DNA of 64,000 bases from Malacoraja senta (Eukaryota): NCBI GenBank assembly GCA_038087875.1, contig JAXLNO010001097.1, forward strand, positions 62,001 to 126,000. Reading direction: 5' to 3'. Under the pieces are notes generated by a model. It worked only from the letters and a program-made list of their open reading frames with translations, did not search any database and was not told the origin of the DNA. Below are positions 12,708 to 24,777 of this stretch, one piece after another. Each line of letters begins with the position of its first letter. Position 1 is the first letter of the stretch. A program made the translations under genes and the position numbers.

Positions 12708-15700
12708 GGACACAAAATGCTGGAGTAACTCAGCAGGACAGGTAGCATCTCCGGACGGAAGGAATGGGTGACGTTTCGGGTCGAGACCCTTCTTCAGACT
12801 GATGTCAAGGGAGAGGGAGATACATAGATAAGGAAGAGTAAGGTGTGAAAACAGGATCCTTATTTAGATAAATCGATGCAAAAACAAAAAGGTCAGACGA
12901 AATCTAAAACCAGTGAACTCTTACACACATATATGGAAAACACAAATATAACAGATGTATGGAGGATTGCAAACCCGACGGGAAGGGATTACTCGTTTTA
13001 TTCAATGGTGCATAAAACATATTCACGGATAGACTATTTTCTTGTGGATACAAAATTAATTTCGCAATCTCTGAATCCTAAATATCATATTAATGCGATC
13101 TCAGATCATTCTCCGTTAACTTTTGTTCTAAAACTAGAAGGAATGTCTATGAATAAACCGTTCTGGAGGTTTAACTCACAAATTTTAAAAGACCCTCAAG
13201 GGAGTATCTATCTAAAAAACAGATGGATCTATTTTTTGAGTTAAATGATACACCAGAGATATCCCCCACGTTATTATGGGAATCCTTCAAAGCATTTATA
13301 AGAGGAGTCATTATTTCATTTCAAGCTTATCAAAATAAAAAGAATAAGAATGAACAAAGACACTTAGAAGATCAAATAAAACAGTTAGATATAGATAATG
13401 CTAAAGACCCAACTATGGATAAACATAATAAAATACTACTACTGAAATTTCAGTTAAATAAATTACTGTCAGAGAAAGTTATAACATTATTTCAAATCAC
13501 AAAACAAGAACACTTCGAATTCGGGGACAAACCCCACAAACTTCTAGCACGACAACTTAAAAAACGGGAAAAAGAGAATGCAATATTAAAGATTAAATCA
13601 GATAGAGGGGAAGTATTAACACTACCCAAGGATATTAATAAAAGATTTGCTCAATTTTACCAGAATCTATACACATCTAAAACGTCAATAGACAATAATA
13701 AAATCTCAGAATTTTTAGATAATTGTAATCTACCACAATTAGAACGCAGGGAACAAGAGGAACTGGGAGCACAAATTACTTCTAAGGAGATAGAAGACAC
13801 AATAAAAACACTAAAAAATGGAAAAACACCAGGACCAGACGGATTCAGTAATGAATTTTATAAATCTTTTTATGATATAGTTACTCCACGATTACAAAAA
13901 ATGTATACATATGCTTATAAAGAGCAAAACCTACCTGAAACACTAGCGGAATCAACGATCATATTAATACTTAAAAAAGATAAAAATATAGAAGAACCAG
14001 GATCATATAGAGCTATTGCTTTGTTAAATACGGATCAGAAAATAATAGCAAAAACATTAGCCAATAGATTAAGCAAGTATGTTAGTAGACTAATACATGA
14101 GGATCAAACAGGATTTATACCTAAGAGACACTCATTTAATAATTTGAGACGTTTGCTTAACATAATGCATTCACATAAATCTGATGACCAAGAGTTAGCT
14201 ATCATCTCACGGGACGCAGAAAAAGCGTTTGATCAAGTAGAATGGGACTATATGATCAAAGTATTGCAAAAATTCCAATTGGGAGAAAACTTTATTGCAT
14301 GGATAAAACTACTATATAACAAACCTACGGCTAGAATACTAACTAATAATATATTATCTTCAAAATTCGAATTATCTAGGGGCAACAGACAAGGATGTTC
14401 ACTATCACCGCTGTTATTTGCTTTGGTAATTGAACCCCTTGCTGAAAAAATAAGAACACACTCGAATATTCACGGTTATAACACAAAATATTCAAACAAC
14501 AAACTATCCCTATATGCTGATGATGTACTACTGTACATCACAAAACCACAAATTAGTATACCAAATATATTAAACTTAATTGAGGACTTTGGATCCTTTT
14601 CAGGATATAGAATAAATTGGAACAAAAGTGAAATTATGTCGATTAAACCAAAAGACTCAACACATCTCAGGAAATTCCCTTTTAAAATAGCTATGGAAAA
14701 ATTCAAATATTTAGGAATTGAGATTACTAGAAATTACCATGATATGTTTAAAGCTAATTATAATCCCCTACTTAAGAAATTAAATAATCTGATTAAATTT
14801 TGGAAAACACTTCCGATGTCCTTAATAGGTAGGATAAATGCTATAAAAATGATTTTCTTGCCACAAATCCTTTACCTATTTCAATCAATACCTATATATC
14901 TCCCAAAAAAGTTTTTCAAAAAACTGGACTCAGACATTACAAATTTTATATGGGATTACAAATCCCACAGAATACAAAGAACACACCTTAACAAACGAAA
15001 AGAGTTGGGGGGTCTAGCGCTCCCTAACTTTATGTATTATAACTGGGCAGTAAATATTAAAAATATGATTCACCTGCTGGACAATTCTGCCCAGCAGGTG
15101 GACTGGATTATAATGGAAAAAGGGGATTGCTCCCCGAATAATATAGGAGCGATTATTCTCTCTCCAATAAATTTGAATAATAAAAATTATAATAAAAATC
15201 CAATTATATATAGCACTATTAGAACATGGAAGCAAATAAAACAGAATCTAAAATTAAGAAACCTATCTCTCTTAATACCAATAGTCAATAACCCATCGTT
15301 TAAACCTTCAATCATAGATAAAGCATTTATACAATGGGAAAGAATGGGAATTAAAACGCTCGAAGATCTGTATGAATTAGAAAAATTACTATCATTCCAA
15401 CAACTACAACTGAAATATAATTTGAAAAATAATCAATATTTTAAATATCTACAAATCTGTGACTATTTGAAAACACACACAAAAGATTATTATAATATGC
15501 CTTCCGACTTACTAGATGAAGCAATGAAGACAAAGGCGGAATCAGTTAATTTAATATCATACTTATATAATATCATCTTAAATATAGAAATACCCACAAC
15601 AGATGGAATTAGAAGAGATTGGGAACAAGATCTAGGTATAAAAATTTCAAAAGAGAGTTGGGATAATCATTTATTACAGGTGCATAAATGCTCGATCAAC

Positions 15701-16572
15701 GTACGACATACGCTTATCCAATTTAAAACATTACATAGATTATATTATTCAAAAACCAAACTAAATAAAATCTTTCCTAACGTCTCACCAATCTGTGATA
15801 AATGTATATGTCAAGAAGCTACCATAGCACATTCTTTTGTTTTTTGTACAAAAATCCAAAAATTCTGGTTTGAAATATTTGATATTTTTTCAAAATTAAT
15901 CAAAATAAAACTGGTACCAAAACCAGAATGGATTATTTTTGGAATATCGGAAGGTATTCCTGAATTAAACGTGTATCAGAAGAATTTACTCAATTATGGG
16001 CTAATAATGGGAAAAAAGCTTATACTTAAATTCTGGAAAAATGCGCCCACACCAACAATAAAAATGTGGACATCAAATATGTTGGAAACATTACATCTGG
16101 AAGAGATGAGATTCCTCCTAGTAGGCAAAGTAGATCAATTTCAAAAGACGTGGTCTACGTTTTTGGACCTATTACAAGCATGAGGTGCAATAGTAATTTA
16201 GAAAAACAAATAAATAAATAAAAGGTATCTGGACCTGGTAATGGGAGGTAAAATAAAAACAGACTTGGTTGGTAGTTCCTTCTCTATGAAGTATGGTATA
16301 AGAATTATAATAGAGCGATTGTTCCTTCTTTCTTTCTCTTTTTTTTTCTAGGGTCTATTTTCTAACTTTACTTCCTTCTCTAACTTCTTTTCTAAGGGGC
16401 TTTCTTTTCCCAACACTCTTTTGCACTTCACAACCTTTGTGCACTTTCTTCACTTTTCTTACTTCTTTCTTTTTCTTTCTTAAAGTTTAAAAAAGTGAAG
16501 CGGTACAAAAAATGTATTAATATATACGTGTTGTACATTACTGTAATCTACCGTACTTCTAAAAAATAAAAA

Positions 16573-16607
<35 letters not shown>

Positions 16608-16865
16608 AAACAGGACAAAGGGGATGTGGCTCAAGGAAAATGTAGAATAGATCATTGTTAACTGGGAGAAGGTAACAACAAAGCAAACAGAGATAAAATG
16701 TAGTCAGAGACAGTCAGACTGGTCGGAGAACTGGGAAGGGGGAAGGATGGAAAGTGAGGGAAAGCAAGGGTTACTTGAAGTTAGAGAAGTTCATGTTTAT
16801 ACCGCTGGGGTGTAAGCTGCCCAAGCGAAATATGAGGTGCTGTTCCTCCAATTTGCGCTGGGACC
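12708..16865. mobile_element. Penelope-derived element split by the L1 insertion (host parts ~12708-12856 and ~16606-16865)
   Basis: The joined flanks (GATAAGGAAGAGTAAGGTGTGAAAACAGGA|CAAAGGGGATGTGGCTCAAGGAAAATGTAGAATAGATC) resemble the uninterrupted copy near 46350-46425. GIY-YIG remnant on the minus strand at ~16775-16860. Confidence 0.7.
12857..16605 (+). mobile_element. 5'-truncated L1-clade LINE with long ORF2 (EN C-terminus, RT, CCHC), one frameshift
   Basis: ORFs 12876..13244 (YSRIDYFL, SDHSP) and 13223..16183 (986 aa; LYADD; CDKC-x8-H-x4-C). Poly(A) at 16561-16605. TSD GAAAACAGGA at 12847-12856 and 16606-16615. Confidence 0.95.
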
Positions 16866-17039
16866 TCAGTTGTCCTCAAGATGATGTACTCCCAAACTGT
16901 TGATGTGTCATTACGCCCAGGATTTTGACTCGTCAGAAATGGTGATATATTTACAAGTTTGCCTGCAAGGGTGACTTAGAGCTTTGTCTTGTCCCTCAGA
17001 TTTCTGTTCCAATGAAGTTCAACTTGAGAAAGTGAATAG

Positions 17040-17535
17040 ACAGTGGTTCATCAGTAGGGTTGCTGCCTTACAGCACCAGAGACTCGGGTTCAATCCTAAC
17101 TATGGATGCTGTCTATACTGAGTTTGTTCGTTCATGCTGTGACCACGGGGATTTTCTCCCACATTCCAAAGATGAGCAGACTTGTTCATCAGTTCATAAG
17201 TCATCGGAGCAGAATCAGGCCATTTGGCCCATCGAGTCTACTCCGCTATTCAATTATGGCTGATATATCTTTCCCTCTCAACCCCATTCTCCTGCCTTCT
17301 CCAATAACCCTTGACATCCTTACTAGTGAAAAATCTGTCAATCTCCACCTTAAAATTACCTAATCTGTGGCAATGAATTCCACAGATTCTCCATCTTCTG
17401 ACTAAATAAATTCCTCTTCATCTCCTTTCTAGAGATACATTATTTTATTCTGAAGCTATGCCATCTGGCCCTAGACACTCCCACTAATGGAAACATCCTC
17501 TCCGTATCCACTCACTTAAGGCCATTCAGTATTTG
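17040..17535. mobile_element. V-SINE 5' fragment (+) and CR1 3' end (-)
   Basis: Similar to other copies in the window. Confidence 0.6.
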
Positions 17536-17619
17536 GTAAGTTTCAATTTATAGTAGATGATGGAAATCTGTCCTGCTTTGCTGGTGTCCCATGGAGCTGA
17601 TAGACCTAATTTGAATCTG

Positions 17620-18280
17620 CCCTCATTACAATGTACGGTACTTTAATGAGGTACATGTACTGAGGTACAGTGAAATTCATTTTTGTATACAGTTCAGTAC
17701 GTATCACTATACATCAGATAAGCATCTCAGATACATTACAAATGTTATGCAGTAGAACACAGAGACGGTATACAGAGTCGCCAGTTTGGCACCATTTTCA
17801 AGTCCCAGCCTTTGTAAGTGCAGGGATCTTGATCTGACCATGAAGGTCTGTTGTCCTGGCCAAGTGTAGCTGTTGATTTCCTCTGCCTCTGCTCCACTGC
17901 TGTTGACGGCGTCCGGTACACGTGCTCGACCTTTTCGAGCGGCGCCCTGCCCAGCCGTGCCCCAGGCTGCTGCAGGGCCTCCAGCGGCCCACTCCACCAT
18001 TCAGACGGTGACTCCCTCCTCCTGCGGTCTGCTTACCGACCGTCCAGGTGGGTTCCTGTGGGTCCTTGATCCATGGCACAGGTCCTCCGTCATTGGTGGG
18101 CAAGACCCCGGTCCCCGGGGGATGGGCTGGGCCTACCGGGCAGGTCCCTGGTCTGTGGCGGGCAGGCTGGGCCGACCAGGGAGATCCCTGGTCTGCGGCG
18201 GGCGGGCGGGCTGGGCCTACCAGGCAAGTCCCCGGTCCCCGGCCTACAGTGCGGGTCCCGGGATACATTTGCAGGTTTGA
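17620..18280 (-). mobile_element. GC-rich repeat-derived segment with short internal repeats (probable non-autonomous LINE derivative)
   Basis: Recurring GGGCTGGGCCTACC...GTCCCTGGTCTG units at ~18120-18240. No credible ORF. Family not identified. Confidence 0.3.
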
Positions 18281-19164
18281 AAATCATGCTTCAAACACGA
18301 TGAAGATGTGTTTTCAATTTAAATTTGGGAATTTGCCTGCAGAAAGATGGTGCAATGACACCTCTTTCATTTCACATGTTGACATTTGCATCTGCATCCA
18401 AGATCAAAAAGTCGAATATTCCCCCTTTTTGACTGTCTTAACACCTGTCACAGGCTTGGTCTGATGCCCTTGAATGTTCGACCAATAGTGGTGTAAGCAG
18501 AGCATTTTTGAAAATGGATTTGAAGTGCCTCCAGGACACCAATTGCTGGAACATGGATAGCTGACGTTTCAAGTCGTGACCCTTCTAACCTCTCCACAAT
18601 ACATGGCCTTGCTGTTCTCAATGCTATTTCCGTATGGTGTTTAACACAGAAAAAATCTGCCATTAACTGAGGGAGGAGAGAGAATAGTAATGAGTAGGCG
18701 GTACAAATGAATTTCAAAAGACTGCTGGCTTTGGCAATATAGATAGTAATATTTTACACAAGTTGTCGGTTTAACATTAACATGTATCAAAATTGATCAC
18801 CTTTAGAGGCACTTCTTGTTTTTGACGGAAAGCCCACTGTTGTCTTTAGTTCCAGACAAGGATAGATTATCCTGTGGTCCTGAAATCATTGTTAAGATGA
18901 TGTGCTCAGCTGCTTATGATGTACTGTGATGCTTCATTGGAAACAGAGCAATCATCAAATGGATTAAAGCTTACCTCGGTAGCTGATTTTTTTTTTTTGC
19001 ACTAGCATTATAGTTATTAAGTCATTGATTTTTTAAAAATCATTTACAGGCCGTTAAACTGCTGCAAGTAAAAAATCATCATTCTCTTGTTGGTACATAT
19101 AACAATTAAACAATTGTGAATTGATTCTGCTGGCAATGCACTAAGTCTCTTCATACTCGTGTTT

Positions 19165-20290
19165 AGACTTTAGCATGGGAACAGGCCTTTCGGCCTACCG
19201 AGTCCGTGCCGGGCAGCCCTCACCCCATACATTAGCACTATCCTACACATTAGGGACCATTTACAATTTACAGAAGCCAATTAACCTACAAACCTCTACA
19301 TCTTTGGAGTGTGGGAGGAAACTGGGGCACTCGGAGAAAACCAATGGAGTCACACGATGCACAAGCCGGTATAGAAACATAGAAAATAGGTGCAGGAGTA
19401 GGCCATCCGGCCCTTTGAGCCAGCACTACCATTCAATGTGATCATGGCTGATCATCCACAATCAGTACCCCGTTCCTGCCTTCTCCCCATATCTCTTGAT
19501 TCCGCTAGCCCTAAGAGCTCTATCTAACTTTCTTTTGAATGCATCCAGTGAATCGGCCTCCACTGCCTTCTGAGGCAGAGAATTCCACAAATTCACAACT
19601 CTCTGCGTGAAAAGGTTTTTCCTCATCTCAGTTCTAAATGGCCTAACCCTTATTCTTAAACTGTTACAGAAGGATGTAAAAGTAATTTTGTTTTAACATT
19701 GGTGTTTTTTGTTTAGTTTAGAGATACATCATGGATCAGGTCCTTTGGCCCCCGAATCTGTGCCGATTGCCCAACGATCGCCCATTAACACTAGTTCTAA
19801 GTTAACCCACTTTCTCATCCACTTCCTGCGGCACGGTGGCGCAGTGGTAGAGTTGCTTCCTTACAGTGCTTGAAGCGCAGGACACCCGGTTTCGATCCCG
19901 ACTAAGGGTGCTGTCTGTACGGAGTTTGTATGTTCTCCCCGTGATCGCATGGGTTTTCTCCGAGATCTTTGATTCCCCCCCACACTCCAAAGACGTACAG
20001 GTTTGTAGCTAAATTGGCTTGGTATAAGGGTAAATTGTCCACAGTGTGTGTGGGGCAGTGTTAATGTGCGGGGATCGCTGGTTGGTGTGGACTTAGTGGG
20101 CCGAAGGGCCTGTTTCTGCGTTGTATCTCTCAACTAAACTAAACTAAAAAATTTGGGGAAATTCTCAACTGAGGAAACTGGTGGAAACAGGTAGATCGTG
20201 CAAACTCCACACAGACAGAGCCCAAGGTCAGGATCGAACCCGGGTCTCTGGCACTGTGAGGAAACATCTCTAGCAACTCTGCCACTGTGT
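19165..20290. mobile_element. Cluster of V-SINEs (including a near-full + copy at 19826-20140) and a CR1 3' end (19370-19665, -)
   Basis: The + copy starts GCGGCACGGTGGCGCAGTGGTAGAG (A box), has a GGTTTCGATCC B-box-like motif and the V domain, and ends in a (CTAAA)n tail. Confidence 0.8.
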
Positions 20291-20929
20291 TGTCCTTTGC
20301 AACTGTTTCTCGGTGATATCTCACAAAATCTATGTCTCATGCCTCTTACATTATTTATAACTGTGAGGCGTTTTAAATCTTTTATGATGAATACCAAAAC
20401 AAAATCCCCCCAGTTTTACAATATTTGCCTGGCCTTGTTTGCAGGTTGCTAACAGTGAGGTGCCAACGTGCAGAGATATTTTCCTTTTGTGTTGAATATT
20501 CAATAAAGCTTTGAAAGTTGAAGGGTTTCTCAATGGAGAAAATACTGAAGATGAGAATTCCCATCCTTCAACTGTGAAGTAGTTTACTGCAGAACGTGGA
20601 CTGATGCAGACAATTACAATTTGAGGACTTTAACATCATCCTCACGGTGCTGTATTTCTTCAAGTCTCATTTCCTTTCTTCTGCATTCCCATCCCTACTC
20701 TTCTTTGTCTGAAGTGCAGTTTCTTTTGCCATGTGCATAGACAACCCTAAATACAGGAGATTAAGCTATATATTTGCTTTTCTGATTGCTGGTTTAGAGA
20801 ACGAGCATTGATCCCGCTCTTTTTTAATTGTGGCTTCAGGCCTAAGCATTCACCTGCCAACTAACTGTAAAATGCAGAGGGCAAGGTCAAACACTGTGCG
20901 TTACTGACTAATACCTTTGACTCCATCAA

Positions 20930-21250
20930 TAAGACGGCACAGTGACACAGCTGGTAGGCATTTGCACATTCTCCCTGTGACCCAGTGGATACCCTCCGGG
21001 TGCTCAGGTTTCCTCCCACATCCCAAAGATGTGCGGGTTTGCAGGTTAAATTGTCTCTATAAATGACCCCATGTGTGTAGGGAGTGGATGTGAAACTGGG
21101 ATAACATAGAACTAATGTGAACAGGTGTTTGACGTTCGGCATGGACTCGGTGGCTGACACATGTCGTGTGCTATCCAGTCAGCGGAAAGACAAGACATGA
21201 TTATAATCGAGCCATCTACAGGGGCCTGTTTTCAAGCTGTATAAAAAAAT
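20930..21250 (+). mobile_element. V-SINE variant
   Basis: V-domain-like TTTGCACATTCTCCCTGTGACCCAGTGGATACCCTCCGGGTGCTCAGGTTTCCTCCCACATCCCAAAG. Confidence 0.6.
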
Positions 21251-21689
21251 GCGTGAAGCGTTCTCCTCAAGTATGACTACCCTCGCAACTTGTTTTCATT
21301 TTGTATTTGGCACCTAATGTCTTGCAGGCTGTGATCCCAATTAACAGGTTAGAATTAGATGCAATTCAAGAGTATGTCATCACTTCTACGCTTTTCACAA
21401 TATTCTCACCACTAGGTTGCACCTCAATTCCAACAAGTTTCCACTCGAGTGGAACTGAGTACCGGACAAATGGCAATCTACTCAAGAGACAAGATGGGCC
21501 AACCTCTGTATTCAGGCTACCGAATGCACTTGACATTTACATAAGTGTACGTTTAAAGGCTGAGTTCCATGTCATCATCGACTTGTTTTGAATGTAAATG
21601 AAGGAATGGACCATGCTGAGCATCTGCAAAACCGAGGTCCTTCATTATCCTGGCTACATTGTACAATGCCACCCTCCATCAGAGGAGGA

Positions 21690-22624
21690 GCCGCCATCTT
21701 GGAGGAACGGCTGCTAAACAGCAGCCATCCGTCAAATTCACTTTTTCTTTAGTTTTAGCTTTTTTTATTTCTTTGTTTGTTTGGGGAATGTTGACTTTTA
21801 ATGTGTGGGGGGGGTAAGGGGGAAACTATTTCTGGGTCCCTACCTGGTCGGTGAGGCAGCTTTTTCTCCAGGCTGCCTCGTCGACCCGTCCTCGTGGCCT
21901 ACCAGTGGGCATGGAGCGCCGTTTCCTGGCGGGGACCGCCCAGCACCTTCAGCTTCGGTCGGCGGCACAGCGCTGGAGCGCTATCGTGGAGCGGAGCGGG
22001 CGATGCCTTGCCTGGGTCGCCGCGCTGGGTCGACGCGCTGGAGCCGCCTGGTGACCGCCGACATCAACACCTCCGGGCTGCGGGTCTGCGGAGCGACCAG
22101 CCGCGGGCGGCGGCGCCGACTTTTACATCGGGAGCCTCGTGGCTCCAAATCGGCGCGGCCCTGTCGACTTCAGGTGCCATGGACTCCGCTGGGAAACCGG
22201 CCGTTCCAGCCACTGCGAGGACTCTCCCGACGGCCGGGAACATCGGGCCTCCGTAGAGGCAACTGTGGCGGCCTCGATGGGCCTGACTCTGGGGAGAACT
22301 GGGTTGGGGACTGGACATTGTGCCTTCCCCCACAGTGGTGGTCATTGTGGGGGGATGATTTTTGTGTGCTGTGCCTGTTAGTCTGTGTGCAAGATGGCGG
22401 TCGGAGGGGAGAGTGGACGCTGGCGCGAATTGGCTGCCGCTGCTCTCTCCTCAAATTGTGTTTCTTATTTTCTTTTTGTGCTTTTGTACTTAAATTCTGT
22501 CCTTGATTTGTGTACTGTGGTGTTTTTATATTTAATTTACTCTGATTATGTGTTTTGTATTTTTGTGATTATATGCCTTGTAAGGTGTCCTTTGGTTTTA
22601 GAAAGGCGCCAGTAAATAAAATGG

Positions 22625-22656
<32 letters not shown>
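21690..22656 (+). mobile_element. Non-autonomous element with an L2-type 3' tail and GC-rich body
   Basis: Ends TGTAAGGTGTCCTTTGGTTTTAGAAAGGCGCCAGTAAATAAAATGG(ATT)n, an L2-like tail. Starts with a GCCGCCATCTTGG (YY1-like) motif. Confidence 0.6.
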
Positions 22657-22946
22657 CAAAGAAAGTCTGCTCCTTGACCCGAGAGAACATGGAGTAAGGC
22701 CCATGTTTTGGGAGCCAATTCTGAAGGGAGCTGATACTTTCAATGTACAAGTGCAACGGTTGGCACTCTGAGGAAAAGGGAGCTTGATGAACAAGACAAG
22801 TTCAGAAGTCATGAGCTAACTGGAACACTCATGACATGATAGCTATGCATTCATCTCCCAGCTAACTTCAAAATGTAGTTTCCGCAAAGGATTGTCTCCA
22901 CTGAATCTTCCATCTCTCTCCATATACCCATCCAATCTATTTTTAA

Positions 22947-23883
22947 ATGATAAAATCGTTTAAGGGTTCCTGCTTAACTCTCCTGAATCTTAAAACACAA
23001 GAGGGGAGCCCAGAAAAGAGTTCCCTGTGTCAGTTGGTACTGAGATTAACTACCCCTATTCAGTTAAACTCTATCCAGTTAAATCCTGACCAGCCTCAGA
23101 TCAATACTGATCCCCTATCACCAGTTAGAGTGAACCAAATTATCAAACAATGTAAAGAAACGTATTTGGAACATGGGGATAAAGAAACCAAAAGCCTAAG
23201 CAGATTAGAATGTTACCGTGCCCCAAAAAGAGATTATAAATTGGCAGACTATCTCTCAACTGTTAGAGACATAAAGCAGAGACAGACCCTCACCAAATAC
23301 AGGCTAAGTGACCACTATTTGGCAGTTGAAAAAGGAAAACAGAAGAGATTCTGGCAACCAAGAGAAAGCAGAATATGCGGCCACTGTTTGACAGATGAGG
23401 TTCAAACAGAGGTGCACTTCCTCCTAAAATGCAAAAAAATTGATAAAACAAGGAAAACATACTTTGACAAACTCAGTCTGGCAACCACTGATTTCAAAGA
23501 ACTAGTTGATACATCAAAACTAAGAATAATCCTTGGTGAAGGAAGTACGGCACATCTTGGTGCACAATACGTAACAGCATGCCATAACCTGAGAGACGGT
23601 GAATGACCAATATGCACATATGTCGCACACATTAATTGACTAACTGACACTAAGAAATTAATATTGAATTGCTAAACTTGCTATCCTGTTGTACTGCTTA
23701 CAGCAGCAAGAATGTGTAGCAATCAATAAAGGGCTATAGGCCTATTGCGAGTTTATGTACAGGGACATATCTATCCATGCACTATACTTGTATTTATACT
23801 TATGCATTTGAAATATGTATGTCATGTTTTATACTTTGGCAATATTTTTTATCATGCCAATAAAGTTTTTTAATTGAAATTGA
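22947..23883 (+). mobile_element. 3' end of an L2/Crack-type LINE
   Basis: ORF 22947..23606 C-terminus reads KYRLSDHYLAVEKG...RESRICGHC...EVQTEVHFLLKC. AATAAA and an ATTGAA-type tail run into the N gap. Confidence 0.65.
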
Positions 23884-24124
23884 NNNNNNNNNNNNNNNNN
23901 NNNNNNNNNNNNNNNNNNNNNNNNNNNNNNNNNNNNNNNNNNNNNNNNNNNNNNNNNNNNNNNNNNNNNNNNNNNNNNNNNNNNNNNNNNNNNNNNNNNN
24001 NNNNNNNNNNNNNNNNNNNNNNNNNNNNNNNNNNNNNNNNNNNNNNNNNNNNNNNNNNNNNNNNNNNNNNNNNNNNNNNNNNNNNNGCGACAGAGAGACA
24101 GTGAGAGAGAGAGAGAGACAGAGA

Positions 24125-24157
<33 letters not shown>

Positions 24158-24306
24158 TGAGATAGAGAGAGGGANNNNNNNNNNNNNNNNNNNNNNNNNN
24201 NNNNNNNNNNNNNNNNNNNNNNNNNNNNNNNNNNNNNNNNNNNNNNNNNNNNNNNNNNNNNNNNNNNNNNNNNNNNNNNNNNNNNNNNNNNNNNNNNNNN
24301 NNNNNN
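23884..24306. other. Two assembly gaps (N 23884-24086 and 24175-24306) around a (GA)n microsatellite
   Basis: Visible directly in the sequence. Confidence 0.99.
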
Positions 24307-24364
24307 TCAGGCAGCATCTGTGGAGAGAAGGAATGGTGACATTTTCGGTCGAGACCCTTCTTTG

Positions 24365-24678
24365 GTTTAGTTTAGTTTAGAGATGCAGCGCGGAAACAGG
24401 TCTTTCGGCCCACGGACTCTGCGCCGACCAGCGATCACCCCGTACACTAGCACTATCCTACGCACATTAGGGACAATTTAACAATTTTGCGGAGGCCGAT
24501 TAATCTACAACCATGAACGTCTTTGAAATGTTGGAGGAAACTGAAGCACCCGGAGTAAAAACCCACGCAGGTCAAGGGGAGAACGTACAAACTCCGCACA
24601 GACAGCACCCGTAGTCAGGATTGAGCCCGTCCTCTGGCAGTGAGGCAGCAACTGTACCGCTGCGCCACTGTGCCGCGC
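24365..24678 (-). mobile_element. Near full-length V-SINE
   Basis: Minus strand starts GCGCGGCACAGTGGCGCAGCGGTACAG, contains the V domain, and has a (CTAAA)n tail at ~24365-24382. Confidence 0.8.
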
Positions 24679-24777
24679 AGAATTATATAACGGTTTCCTC
24701 CGCCATAAATGCACCCAATATGTCCTAGTAATGTCCTGTTTGCCAGCTTGTTGACCCTCTGTGTTCCCCTCCTGCAG

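Noticed and set aside
18448-18717. Minus ORF with a strong acceptor near 18666
   Set aside because: It contains a decayed GAAGGGTCACGACTTGAAACGTC Penelope-derived piece and has no recognisable domain.
19826-19900. tRNA gene calls at SINE heads (also 62900-62978)
   Set aside because: A/B boxes are present, but they continue into SINE bodies and tails with no acceptor stem.
23829-24317. ORFs spanning N runs
   Set aside because: Artefacts of the assembly gaps and (GA)n.
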